A stretch of 64,000 nt of DNA from an uncultured Acidimicrobiia bacterium (GCA_963836205.1 CAWIIV010000015.1:288001-352000), one strand, 5' to 3'; numbered from the stretch's first letter, positions 45,241 to 55,587 are shown. Notes: a model not told the origin generated them from the sequence alone. Numbers and translations: made by a program.

Positions 45241-46107
45241 TCAGGCCCGGCGCAGCTCGCCCACCACCACCGGCTGCTCCAGGCTCAGGACCACTCCCCC
45301 GGCGGCCTCCTCGGTGATGGCCAGGGCCACCACCGGCCCGCTGGCCACGAAGGCGGCCGGCTCCGGTACCGAGCCGAGCAACCCGACGGAGATCTTGTTC
45401 TCGCCGACGACCGCCCACATCTGGTAGTTCCGGTCGGCGCCCAGGGGAGGCAGGTTGTTGCGGGCCAGGTAGCCCCGGCCGTCGGGGAGCATCACCGCGT
45501 CGGCGAACAGGTTCCCGTCGGGCGAGCGCAGCTCGACCTTCACTGCCGAAGGATCGGCCTGAGCGGCGTCGATGGTGCGCTCGAGCTCGTCCCGGTGGGC
45601 GCCGGCGGCGAGCTCGTCGAGGCGGCGGCCGTCCTCCACCACCTTGAGGCCGAGGACGCCGATCACGGAGGCGGCGACCGACGCGGCCGCCACCAGCGCG
45701 CCGATGCGGAGACCCACGCCCCGCCGCGCCGATCGGGGCGACGATGTCGGCCCACCGCGCCTCCGCCCTCGGTGGAGCGGGATCGGATCGGGGGCCGAGC
45801 CTGCGGCCGGAGGCGTTGGCTGTGTCGCGGCCGGCTGCGGTCGCAGGGCGTGGACGGTGGCCAGGTCGAGGGGTGGCGGGGTCTCCGCCAGCTCCTCCGC
45901 GATTCGGTCCCACACCGCCAGGGGCGCCGCGGCGAGCCCGCTGCTCAGCAGTCCGGCCACCTCGACGTGCTGCATCACCTCGGTGCGGCAGAAGTCGCAC
46001 CCGGCGAGGTGACGCTCGACCGCGTCCCGTTCGTCGGCGTCGAGCGCGTCGAGCGCGTAGACGCCCAGCAGCTCGCTCGCCTCGATGTGGTTCAACTCGT
46101 GAGCCAC
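45241..46107 (-). CDS. RskA-type anti-sigma factor with zinc finger
   Basis: HLAGCDFC, one TM, YQMWAV, LAITEE. Confidence 0.88.
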   Translation of the reverse strand: MAHELNHIEASELLGVYALDALDADERDAVERHLAGCDFCRTEVMQHVEVAGLLSSGLAAAPLAVWDRIAEELAETPPPLDLATVHALRPQPAATQPTPPAAGSAPDPIPLHRGRRRGGPTSSPRSARRGVGLRIGALVAAASVAASVIGVLGLKVVEDGRRLDELAAGAHRDELERTIDAAQADPSAVKVELRSPDGNLFADAVMLPDGRGYLARNNLPPLGADRNYQMWAVVGENKISVGLLGSVPEPAAFVASGPVVALAITEEAAGGVVLSLEQPVVVGELRRA

Positions 46108-46805
46108 GGCTCCCCAACTCCCATCTCCACCAGGTCGGTTCGCATTCGCCGCAGGCCCGACCGGATCCGGCTCTTGACCGTACCCTCGGGCGCTCCCAGC
46201 AGCACCGCCACCTGCCGGTAGGTGTGGCCGCCGAAGTAGGCCAGCTCCACCGCCTGGCGCTCGTCGACGGGCAACGCCGCCACCACCTCCTTGACCTGCT
46301 CGGCCACGGTGAGGTCGATGACCTCCCGCTCGATGTCGTCGGAGACGGCGGGCGACTCCCGGGCGTCGCGCTCCTCCCGGCGGCGCCGGGACGTGTCCGA
46401 CCGCAACCGGTCGACCGATCGCCCGTGGGTCTGGGCCAGGAGGTAGGAGCGCAGCGAGCCCCGCTCGGCGTCGAACCGCTCGGGGCGGTTCCAGAGCCGG
46501 AGGAAGACCTCCTGGAGCACCTCCTCGGCCGTCGACCGATCGTTGAGGAGCCGGGTGGCGAGGCCGAAGGCGGCGCCCGCGTGGCGGCGGTAGGCCTCGG
46601 CCAGGGCGTCCTCCCGCCAGCGTCCGATGGCGACGACGAGGGCGGCGTCACTCACCTCCCGGAGATCGTCGCCCGGCGGACGACGGCCTCCTGGCCCGGC
46701 GCTGTCCCGCGGCTCGGCGCGATCGAGCGGCCCTTGGTGGTCCTTCGGCCCTCGGTGGTCCGGCGGCCCTCGGTGGTCCGGCGGCCCTCGGTGGTCCATC
46801 GACAT
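46092..46805 (-). CDS. SigK-like ECF sigma factor with N-terminal DHRGPP repeats
   Basis: AEEVLQEVF, ELAYFGGHTY, GTVKSRIRSGL. Confidence 0.9.
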   Translation of the reverse strand: MSMDHRGPPDHRGPPDHRGPKDHQGPLDRAEPRDSAGPGGRRPPGDDLREVSDAALVVAIGRWREDALAEAYRRHAGAAFGLATRLLNDRSTAEEVLQEVFLRLWNRPERFDAERGSLRSYLLAQTHGRSVDRLRSDTSRRRREERDARESPAVSDDIEREVIDLTVAEQVKEVVAALPVDERQAVELAYFGGHTYRQVAVLLGAPEGTVKSRIRSGLRRMRTDLVEMGVGEPWLTS

Positions 46806-46885
46806 AGCATCCCTTGTTCGGGACCGGTCCCGGGTGCGGATGTCCTGCCGGCTGACTATCTCGGCGGCCAGGCAGAATGGCCGCC

Positions 46886-47689
46886 GTGGCCGACCCGGTG
46901 CAGTCACTCCTCCAGGAGGCGAGGGACATCGACGCCGATCGGCGGGCGGCGCTGCGCACCCTCGGCCGGGGACTGGGCGTCGTGGCCACCGGGTGCCTGG
47001 GCGGGGCGGTGGCCGGCCTGCTCTCGGGCCGCCCGGCGACAGCTCGATCCGCCCGGGGCAGGACGTCCGCAGACACCGTCCTCGACATCCAGGTGCTGCA
47101 GACGGCTTCGTCGCTCGAGACACTGCTGGTGGACCTGTACGGAGTCGCCCTCGGCACCGGCCCCCAGGGGAAGAACGCCCCCTCGGCCATGGCCCTCGCC
47201 ACCATGGCCGACACCGCGGCCCGGGACACCCTGGTGCGGCTCCTGACCGAGACTCAGTCCCAGCACCGCGAGCACCGGGTCGCCTTCCAGTCCCTCACCA
47301 CCGCCCTCGGGGGAAAGGTCCAGAACGAGGCCAACCCCAAATACCTGTCGGGGGTGGCGTCGGCCGACCTCAGCAACCCCCTGCGCCTGGTCGACTACGC
47401 CGCCGTGCTGGAGAAGATCCTCACCGACACCTACGTGGTCGACCTCACCCTGGCCGAGAACGTCAAGGCCAAGGAGACCCTCGCCAGCGTGATGGCGGTG
47501 GAGGCCCAACACCTGGCCGCCCTCCGGGTGGCGGGCGCCCTGCTGCGCGACGAGACCCCCCAGTACCTCAGGGCCCCGATCGGCGCCGATCTGGTCAACC
47601 TTCCCGCCACATTGGCCGCCATCGCCTTCCCGGAGGCTCTCGAGGAGGTCTTGGCGGTGGCCGAGCCCGAATCGGGTGCCGTCGCGTGA
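46886..47689 (+). CDS. Ferritin-like domain protein (possible Tat export)
   Basis: DRRAAL, LQTASSLE, QHREH, VEAQH. Confidence 0.82.
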   Translation: MADPVQSLLQEARDIDADRRAALRTLGRGLGVVATGCLGGAVAGLLSGRPATARSARGRTSADTVLDIQVLQTASSLETLLVDLYGVALGTGPQGKNAPSAMALATMADTAARDTLVRLLTETQSQHREHRVAFQSLTTALGGKVQNEANPKYLSGVASADLSNPLRLVDYAAVLEKILTDTYVVDLTLAENVKAKETLASVMAVEAQHLAALRVAGALLRDETPQYLRAPIGADLVNLPATLAAIAFPEALEEVLAVAEPESGAVA

Positions 47690-48315
47690 CTCGAAGCCGA
47701 GGCCTGACCCGCCGCCGGTTCCTAGGAGTCACCGCCGCGGCCGCGGCCGCCGTCGGGGCCGGTGCCGCCTGCGGGGGCGGCGGCGGGGACGAAGAGTCCA
47801 CCGAGACCACGGCGCCGACGCGTCCGCCGCTGACCGGCGACGTGGCCGTGGCCGACCTGCACGCCCGCCTGGAGAACCTGGCCATCGAGATCTACGGCGC
47901 CCTCGTCGCCCGCGCCGCGGCCGGCACGCTCGGCGCCGTCCCCGCGCTGGTGGGGTCGGTCGTGGCCACGGCCAAGGCCCAGCACGCCGAGCACCTGGCC
48001 GTGTGGAACGAGGTGATGCGCGCAGGTGGCAAGCCTGCGGTCGTCACCCCCGACGAAGGCCTCAAGCCGACCCTCGACGCCATGCTGGCCCAGGTCGAGG
48101 ACGGGGCCGGGGCGGCCCGGCTGGCGCTCCTGGTGGAGGAGATCCTCTCCGACACCTACCTGAAGTCGATCCCCACCCTCGTCGACAAGGAGTCGGTGCG
48201 CTCGGCCGCCCTGATCCTCGCCACCGACCAGCAACACCAGGTGGTCCTGCGCCTGGCGCTGGGCGAGTTCCCCATCCCGGAGCCACTCCAGGTCCCCGAC
48301 AAGGCCGCTTCCTAG
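47686..48315 (+). CDS. Ferritin-like domain Tat lipoprotein
   Basis: TRRRFLG, GAAC, LENLAIEIY, QHAEH. Confidence 0.82.
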   Translation: MTRSRGLTRRRFLGVTAAAAAAVGAGAACGGGGGDEESTETTAPTRPPLTGDVAVADLHARLENLAIEIYGALVARAAAGTLGAVPALVGSVVATAKAQHAEHLAVWNEVMRAGGKPAVVTPDEGLKPTLDAMLAQVEDGAGAARLALLVEEILSDTYLKSIPTLVDKESVRSAALILATDQQHQVVLRLALGEFPIPEPLQVPDKAAS

Positions 48316-48330
48316 GCGACGCGGCGGGCT

Positions 48331-48723
48331 CTACACGTCGTAGTCGGTGACCTCGCGGATCTTCTCCTGGATGGCCTTGTACTCCTTGCTCTGGGTAAGG
48401 GGCAGGAGTCCCATGAGCTTGCCCATGTTGCCGGTGACCTTGATGCGGCCCTGCATGAAGGCGGCGTTGGGGTCGAGGTCGCCCTTCTGGATCCGCACCG
48501 AGTCGTCCCAGGTCAGGGAGAGGGTGAACTCGGCGTCGGGGTCGTCGCCCAGCTGCGAGGCGGTGAGCTTGCCGCTCTCGACGACCCAGTAGTAGCGGAC
48601 GTCGCCCTTGGGCCCGCCGGTGACGTTGTACTGCATGCGGGCGGTGGCCCCGGCCCGCTCGGGGAAGGTCTGGGCCAGTTCCTTCTGCTTGTCGAGCCAG
48701 GGCTGCGAGAGGTACTTCTCCAT
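48331..48723 (-). CDS. SCP2 sterol-binding domain protein
   Basis: AAFMQGRIKVTGNMGKLM. Confidence 0.88.
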   Translation of the reverse strand: MEKYLSQPWLDKQKELAQTFPERAGATARMQYNVTGGPKGDVRYYWVVESGKLTASQLGDDPDAEFTLSLTWDDSVRIQKGDLDPNAAFMQGRIKVTGNMGKLMGLLPLTQSKEYKAIQEKIREVTDYDV

Positions 48724-48750
48724 GGCCCGGGACTCTAGCGACACCGAACC

Positions 48751-49617
48751 CTAGCGCCGGGCGGGCTCCCGCAATCCGGCGAACAGGTCGTCTTCGGGGA
48801 CGGGTGCGTCGACCACCGACCGGGCCAGGATGTAATCGTCGTACGGGTAGGCGTTGCCGGCCTCGGACGGGAGCCCGAACCAGAACGGCGACGCCGGGTC
48901 GACCTGGGTGGCGTGGGCGAGGAGGGCGGCGTCGCGGATGTCGTCCTCGGGGAGGACGTCGATCCGGGTCGTGATCCGGTCGTCGAGGCCGGGGCGCGCC
49001 AGCCACTCGTCGGTGAACGGCGACTCCAGCCCCAGCTCGAGGAACTTCTCGTGCAGTGCCACCAGCCGGGCCTTGGCCCACGCCGAGTAGTACATCTTCG
49101 ACGGCTGCCAGGGCGGGCCGGCGTCGGGGTAGCGGTCGGGGTCGCCGGCGGCGTCGAAGGCCACCACGCTGATGTCGTGGACCCGCAGGTGGTCGGGGTG
49201 GGGGTAGCCGTCCTGGTCGTCGGCGTAGGTGACGATCACCTGCGGCCGTTCCCGCCGGATCACCTCCACCAGCCGGCCGACGGCCTCGCCCAGATCGGCG
49301 ACGGCGAAGCACCCGGGACGGCGATTGGCCTCGGTGCCCGCCATCCCCGAGTCGCGGTAGCCGAGCATGACCACCTCGTGGTAGCCGATGATGCCCGCGG
49401 CCCGCTCGAGCTCCTCCAGTCGCACCTCGTGCAGGCGGTCCCGAACCTCGGGAAGGTCCATGGCCGGGTTGAGGATGTCGCCCTCCTCGCCGCCGGTGGC
49501 ACAGACGAGCACGCAGCGCACACCCTCCCGGGCGTAGCGGTGGACGGTGGCCGCCCCCTTGGACGATTCGTCGTCGGGGTGGGCGTGGACGGTGAGCAGG
49601 CGGAGGTCGGCGTCCAT
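48751..49617 (-). CDS. mca: Mycothiol conjugate amidase
   Basis: VHAHPDDESSKG, GYRDSGM, GYPHPDH, AHATQVDP, EDDLFAG. Confidence 0.93.
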   Translation of the reverse strand: MDADLRLLTVHAHPDDESSKGAATVHRYAREGVRCVLVCATGGEEGDILNPAMDLPEVRDRLHEVRLEELERAAGIIGYHEVVMLGYRDSGMAGTEANRRPGCFAVADLGEAVGRLVEVIRRERPQVIVTYADDQDGYPHPDHLRVHDISVVAFDAAGDPDRYPDAGPPWQPSKMYYSAWAKARLVALHEKFLELGLESPFTDEWLARPGLDDRITTRIDVLPEDDIRDAALLAHATQVDPASPFWFGLPSEAGNAYPYDDYILARSVVDAPVPEDDLFAGLREPARR

Positions 49618-51572
49618 TGGTAGTCAGGGGCGCGTTGCCGGCAAGGCCAGCACGTTTCCCCATCCCCCTTTCAATCCGTACGTGCGGTTTTCCCGCATAC
49701 GGCTTTCCGACGATCTTCTGGACATGGTTACGACGCCTTCGGGTAGCGAATGGTGCCCATGAGCTGATGCAGGCCCTGGCCGTGGAACCAGGTGCGGGTC
49801 CAGCAGTCTGCCTGGCCTGCCCGTAGGTTGCGGCCCCGCTTCTTGATGAGCAAGCGCTTGAGCCGCCACACGACGTGTCGGTCGAGGGAGACGAACTTAT
49901 TCGCCGCGTTGCCGGTGCGGAAGTAGTTGCCCCACCCCCGCAGGAACAGGTTGAGGTCGTAGATCACGTCCTCCAACTCCATGCCGACCCGGTTCCGGCC
50001 GGTGAGGGCCTTGACCCGCTGTCGTGCCCGCTTCATCGACCGCTGCGACGGCCAGCGGTGGAGGTAGTAGCGGATGACCCGCTGCTGTTCCCACAACCGG
50101 CCCGACATGCGGGCGTGAAGATGACAACCCAGGAAGTCGAAGCCCTCCTTGCCCTCCCGGAGGTCGACCACACGGGTCTTGTCCGGGTGCAGGCTCAGGC
50201 CGAGATCACCCAGCAGGGCCGCCGCCCTGGCCTGGGCCGTCTCGGCCTGGCTGCGGGTCGTGCACAGCACCACGAAGTCGTCCGCGTAACGGACGAGCTC
50301 GCCGGTGCCGGACTCGGCCCAGGACCGGTCGAAGGCGTGCAGGTAGATGTTGGCCAGCAGCGGGGAGATGACCCCGCCCTGGGGCGTGCCCGTGACCGTC
50401 TCGGAGCGCACCCCCTCGACCAGCACCCCGGCACGCAGCCACTGGCGGATGAGCTTGAGCACCCGCCGGTCCGACACGCGCTCGCCGACCAGTGACAGCA
50501 GCCTGTCGTGGTCGATCTGGCCGAAGAAGTCGCGGATGTCGGCCTCGAAGACGAACTGCCGTCCTCGGGGGAAGGACACCCGGATGGCTTCCAGGGCGTC
50601 GGTGGCCGACCGCTTCGGGCGGAACCCGAAGTCTGGTCGGCAGGAAGTCGGCCTCGAAGATGGGTTCGAGGACGATCTTGGCTGCCGCCTGGCACACCCG
50701 GTCGCGCACGGTGGGGATGCCCAGGGGCCGCATCCGGCCGTCGGGCTTGGGGATCTCCACCCGCCGAACAGGCGACGGGCGGTAGGTGCCTGCACGGAGG
50801 TCACGGGAAAGCTCGTCGAGCACGCGCCCGACCCCGTAGTCCTCCACCGCCTCCAGGGTCAGTCGATCGACCCCGGCGGCGCCACGATTGGCTCGCACCC
50901 GCTCCCACGCCGTCCACAGCACGTCACTGCGGTGGATTCGGTCGAACAGGGCGTGGAAGCGGCGACCCGGAGACTGCTTGGCCGCAGCCCATAGCCGGTT
51001 CTGGAGTTTTCGCACGTTGTCGGTGGGCGGCTGCCCGCCGGGGGAGTTGGGCCGGGCGTTCCCGGCCATGCCCTGGCGCTTACTTCCGTCTCCGGCGTGA
51101 CCGAAGTCGGGGCCCTTCCCTCCCGCCGGGTTCATCCCGGCGATCAGCGGTACTACGACCCCGTCGGACTCCCGCTGCGCTCCGCTCGATTTCACCACTG
51201 GCTTATACGAGCGGTCTTTGCTGACGAGGCTGCGCAGACGGGTCTCTCCTGTTCCGAACCTGACCGTGCGTACGTGCCGCTCCCCGTACCCCGAGGGGAC
51301 CCGACCAGGGGCGTGTCCGGAACGCCAGTCGGTCGGACGTGGCCTTCGCCGTGACATGAGCGGCTCGGCTCCCCCGTTGTGCGTTTGACGAGGCTGCAGG
51401 ACTCGCGCCTGGTGGCACTACGGCCCGCACGCTTGCTCCCTCCAAAGAGGCTCTTGACGCCCCGCTCAGCCCGCCGCCTCTCGGCGACGAACCGGGGCCT
51501 GCTACCGGGCTCTCCGGCGATTACCCGGGCGGGACTCGCACCCGCTGGTCTGGTCCAGTTCTCAGGACGCAA
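49615..51572 (-). mobile_element. Group II intron inserted at the mca start codon (exact register ambiguous because ATG flanks both ends)
   Basis: 5' TTGCGTCCTGAG; domain V AAAGCCGTATGCGGGAAAACCGCACGTACGGATT; domain VI ending CCCTGACTACCAATG; internal RT ORF. Confidence 0.92.
49728..51069 (-). pseudogene. ltrA: Group II intron reverse transcriptase/maturase without endonuclease domain; +1 frameshift near 50632
   Basis: RPLGIPTVRDR, GFRP, GTPQGGVISPLLANIYL, YADD, GWGNYF; ACC AGAC TTC where ACC AGC TTC is expected. Confidence 0.9.
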
Positions 51573-51666
51573 CATGGCCCAACGCTACCGGGGGTCGGCC
51601 TGGTATCTGTGAGTTGTGGCCGGTGGGGAATTGTGGCCGGTGGGCGCCGACGGCCACACTCCGACT

Positions 51667-52203
51667 GTGAAAATCGCGTTCGTCGGGTCGTTCTCGACCG
51701 GCAAGACCACCCTGGCCAACCTCTTCGCCAAGGAGTGGGACCTGCCCCTGCTGCCCGAGGTCGCCCGTGAGGTGGTCAAGCTCGGGTTCCCCCTCGACAT
51801 GAGCGCCACCGCCGAGACGGAGACGCTCATCTTCCTCAAGCAGTGGCGGGCGGAGGCGGTGCACGACAAGTTCGTCGCCGACCGGTCGATCTACGACGTC
51901 CTCGCCTACGCCGACTGGGTGATGGAGCACAACGACCCGGGCCGCAAAGAGAACCACCTCTGGTACGAGTCGCGGGAGATAGCCCTCCTCGACCTGCGGG
52001 CCCGCTACGACGACGTCTTCTACCTGCCGGTGGAGTTCCCCATCGTCCTCGACGGCCTCCGCCCCGACGACACCACGTTCCAGGCCGACATCGACCGCCG
52101 CATCGTCGCCCTCCTCCACGACGCCGACGTGCAGTTCACCACCCTCACCGGCACCGTCGAGGAGCGCCAGGACCACGTCCGCCGCGTGGTGGGGCCCTCG
52201 TAA
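51667..52203 (+). CDS. AAA_28 (NadR/Ttd14-like) P-loop protein
   Basis: GSFSTGKTT, EVARE, DRSIYD, DGLR. Confidence 0.85.
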   Translation: MKIAFVGSFSTGKTTLANLFAKEWDLPLLPEVAREVVKLGFPLDMSATAETETLIFLKQWRAEAVHDKFVADRSIYDVLAYADWVMEHNDPGRKENHLWYESREIALLDLRARYDDVFYLPVEFPIVLDGLRPDDTTFQADIDRRIVALLHDADVQFTTLTGTVEERQDHVRRVVGPS

Positions 52204-52556
52204 GGAAGACGGCGGTCGGCGGTCGGCGGTCGCGTGCGATGGCGACGCCATCGGGCCCGCCTCTCGGATGCCAAGGCCCCACGCGTCCGCCCCTGGCCGT
52301 CCTCGTCTTCGTGGTTCCGAGGGCGGGCCAGGCGCGCGCGGGATGGCCCGTGAGCGGCGGTCCTGCGACCGGTCAGGCGGCTGGCAGGGCGGCAACGCTC
52401 CGCGATCCGCCACGCCGGCCCGGAGGACGGCAAGCCGGAACGGGAGAGTTCAAAGGTCGAACGACAGCCAATGGATCGCCTACGCACTGGGAACCAGACC
52501 GGAAATCCACGTCGTGATCACAGTGCTCCGATCACCAAGGATTTCCGCCGATTGGC

Positions 52557-52586
52557 TTGCGTGATCGAACGTATGTTTGGTAGACT
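52557..52586 (+). promoter_or_regulatory. LexA (SOS) box between -35 and -10 of the HNH gene promoter
   Basis: TTGCGT, then TCGAACGTATGTTTGG (52565-52580), then TAGACT. Confidence 0.7.
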
Positions 52587-52593
52587 GATGATC

Positions 52594-53843
52594 GTGGCAG
52601 ACGAGACAGTTGTGGCTGAACTCGAGGGCGAGATTGCCCAGGTGTGTGGGGTAATGAACGCGGCCGCGGGGCGGCTCATCGACCTCATCGCCCGGGTGTT
52701 GGCGACCGGAGCCTGGGAGGGCGCCGGCATTCGCTCGGCCGAGCAGTGGGTCGCTTGGAAGTGCGGCGTCTCACCGGCGCGGGCTCGGACCATCGTGGCC
52801 ATGGCCCGTCGCCTGGGTGAGTTCCCTGAGACCAAGGCGGCCATGGAGGCGGGCGAGCTGTGCGAGGACCAGGTGGCCGTCATCTGCCGCCACGCCCCCG
52901 CAGGCATCGACGCCCAAGCCGCCGAGTTGGCCCGGTCCGCGACCGTGGTGCAACTGCGCCGGGTGTTGGGCAGCTACGTGTTCGAGGCGGGCGAGCAGGC
53001 CGATACATCGGCGGCCGACGAGCCCGAACCGCCCCGTCGGACGAACTTCGGGCACGACGACGAGGGCTCTTGGACCCTATCGGCCCAGCTCAGCGCCGAC
53101 GAAGGCGCCCTGGTGGAGCGGGCGCTGGCCGCCGCTCGCGACGAGTTGTTCCGGGCGAAGGAGAGCGACCGTCCCACCCCGGCCGACGTGAGTTGGGCCG
53201 ACGCCCTGGTGGCGATGGCCGAGCGGTCGCTGGCCCCGGGCGCCGAGTGCCGGCCCCACCACGACCGGCATCTGGTGGTCCTCCACGTCGACACCGATCC
53301 CACCGACGCCACCAGTGGCCACCTTCCCTTCACCTCGGCCCCGGCCTCAGCGAAGGCCTGCGGCGGTTCGTCGGGTGCGATGCCCGGATCCGGCCGGTCA
53401 TCGAGGCGGGTGGTCGGCCGGTGAGCGTCGGGCGGGCCTTCCGCACCGTGCCCGATCGCACCCGCATGGTGATCGAAGAGCGCGACCGAGGCTGCCGAGT
53501 TCCCGGTTGCCACCACAGCCGGTGGTTGCACATCCACCACATCCAACATTGGGAGGACGGCGGCACGTCCGATACAGCCAATTTGCTCGCTCTCTGTCAA
53601 CGACATCATCGCCTCCATCACTTGGGCCATCTCGGCATCAGTGGCAACGCCGACGACCTCGACGGCGTGGTGTTCACCGACGAGCGCGGCCGGCGCCTCG
53701 ATCCCGCCGGCCGCCCCGCCCCACCCGGCCGCGCCCCGCAGGAGGCCGCGCTCCACCTCGGCCTTCCCACCGGAGGATGGTCGCACCCCACAGGCGAGCG
53801 GCTCGACCCGTCCTGGGTGTGCTTTGACGAACTGGCCGGCTAG
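52594..53843 (+). pseudogene. DUF222/HNH endonuclease frameshifted by a 5-bp duplication
   Basis: WVAWKCG, RDRGCRVPGC, HHIQHWEDGG, NLLALCQRHH; CCTTC duplicated at 53322-53331. Confidence 0.88.
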
Positions 53844-54054
53844 GCCGCGCCTGATAGACGGGAAGCCGCCGGGCCTGATGTCGCGGAACTTAGAGCTCAT
53901 CTGGCGCCGATCGAGCACGACAGCGGGGACCCACCGGGCCGGCGGTCCCGGCCGACAGTCCGGACCACCGGCGCCGCCGGAGCTCGGCTCATGGACCTAC
54001 CCTCGCGCCTTCGACGAGAAGGCCGGGTCAGTGCCGCCGGTAGCGTCGTGGCCG

Positions 54055-54993
54055 GTGATCACGGCCAGGGTCTACGAGGACGGTGCGTTCAAGGAGATCC
54101 CGAGCGGTGAGGTGTCCGACATGCTCGGTGTCGACGGGCGGATCCTGTGGGTCGACGTGGTGGAGCCCACGGAGGACGACCTGACGTGCGTGCAGGACGA
54201 GTTCTCGCTCCACCCGCTGGCCATGGAGGACATCCGGGAGCGCCACCAGCGGCCCAAGATCGAGACGTACCCCACCCACTCCTTCCTCGTCGCCTATACC
54301 CGCGACCGGAAGGAGATCGAGATGTTCGTGGGCGCGAATTGGCTGGTCACGGTGGGTCCGGAGGGATACTCGACGGCCAGCGTGCGGACCCGGTTCGAGC
54401 GGGTCCACGTGGCCACGCCGACCGTGGGCTACCTCGTCTACGTCCTCCTCGACGAGATCGTCGACGGCTACTTCACCACCACCGACGAGATCGAGGACAT
54501 TCTCGAGGACCTCGAGGAGCGCATCTTCAGCGAGGTGATTCCGGCCGAGGAAGACGTCCAGTCCGACCTGTTCGCCGTCCGCCGCCGCCTGCTCGAGTTC
54601 CGTCGGGTGATCGTCCCCCTCCGCGACGTCGTCCAGGTGCTCCTCCGGAGGGAGGCCGACTGGGTCGACGATGTCACCGCCACCCACCTCCAGGACGTCT
54701 ACGACCACATCCTGCGGGCGGTCGACGTGGTCGACAGCCAGCGCGAGCTCATGGGCAACGCCGTCGACGCCCACCTCGCCATCATCTCCAACCGGGTCAA
54801 CGACGTCATGAAGCAGATGACCGCCTGGGGCGCCATCCTCCTCGGTTCGACCCTGGTGGCGGCGGTCTACGGGATGAACTTCGACCACATGCCCGAGCTG
54901 CACTGGCGCCTCGGCTACGCCTGGGCGATCGGACTCATGGTGGCGATCACGATCGTCGGCTACCGCTTCTTCAGGAAGCGGGGTTGGCTCTAA
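54055..54993 (+). CDS. corA: CorA family Mg2+/Co2+ transporter
   Basis: LHPLAMED, HQRPKIE, YGMNF..MPEL. Confidence 0.93.
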   Translation: MITARVYEDGAFKEIPSGEVSDMLGVDGRILWVDVVEPTEDDLTCVQDEFSLHPLAMEDIRERHQRPKIETYPTHSFLVAYTRDRKEIEMFVGANWLVTVGPEGYSTASVRTRFERVHVATPTVGYLVYVLLDEIVDGYFTTTDEIEDILEDLEERIFSEVIPAEEDVQSDLFAVRRRLLEFRRVIVPLRDVVQVLLRREADWVDDVTATHLQDVYDHILRAVDVVDSQRELMGNAVDAHLAIISNRVNDVMKQMTAWGAILLGSTLVAAVYGMNFDHMPELHWRLGYAWAIGLMVAITIVGYRFFRKRGWL

Positions 54994-55073
54994 GGCCACC
55001 CGAAGAGACCACGTTAGGCACGCTTGACTCTCCGACCGCCGATGGGTGAACATCGTCGCGACCCGAGGAGGAC

Positions 55074-55583
55074 GTGGTGCGTGCGAGTCGAGTAGTGGCA
55101 ATGGGCCTGGCCGTGGTGTTCACCCTGGGCCTGTCGGCCTGTGGCGACAGCGACACCGACGACGGGGTGGCCGGGGACTCGAGCACCGAGGCGGCGCCCT
55201 GCGAACCGGTGGGGGCCGACCTCAAGGCGAGCGCAGTCAAGACCGTCGCCCTGGAGCTGAAGGAGTCCTCGTTCACGCCCTCGACGGTCGACGTCGCCGC
55301 CGGGATCGTGACCTTCGCCGCCTCCAACACCGGCACCCTGAACCACGAGGTGGCCTTCCTCCCCGGCGGTGGCGACGTGCCCCTCACCACTGCGGGAACG
55401 CCGGACGAGGACGCCCTCGCCGCGGCCGGGGCCTTCGAGCTGGAGGCGTTCGGTCCCGGGCTCGACTGCGAGGCGACCTACGACCTGAAGCCGGGCACCT
55501 ACACCCTGTTCTGCATCGTCACCGACGCCGACGGCCTCACCCACTACCAGAAGGGCATGCGGGGCCGGCTGACCGTCGCCTGA
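55074..55583 (+). CDS. Cupredoxin-domain lipoprotein
   Basis: Lipobox LSAC; NHE...YTLFC...HYQKGM (His/Cys/His/Met ligands). Confidence 0.85.
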   Translation: MVRASRVVAMGLAVVFTLGLSACGDSDTDDGVAGDSSTEAAPCEPVGADLKASAVKTVALELKESSFTPSTVDVAAGIVTFAASNTGTLNHEVAFLPGGGDVPLTTAGTPDEDALAAAGAFELEAFGPGLDCEATYDLKPGTYTLFCIVTDADGLTHYQKGMRGRLTVA

Positions 55584-55587
55584 CCCC

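Noticed and set aside
51192-51575. 127-aa ORF as an independent gene
   Set aside because: It is the host ATG reading into intron domain I RNA; no protein features
51576-51610. SigR/SigH promoter for mca
   Set aside because: CGTT is present but there is no GGAA at the required spacing; the TAGCGT -10 box fits better
51614-51644. 14-bp direct repeat TTGTGGCCGGTGGG as an operator or intron boundary
   Set aside because: It lies outside the intron and matches the window's general short-duplication pattern; no supporting evidence
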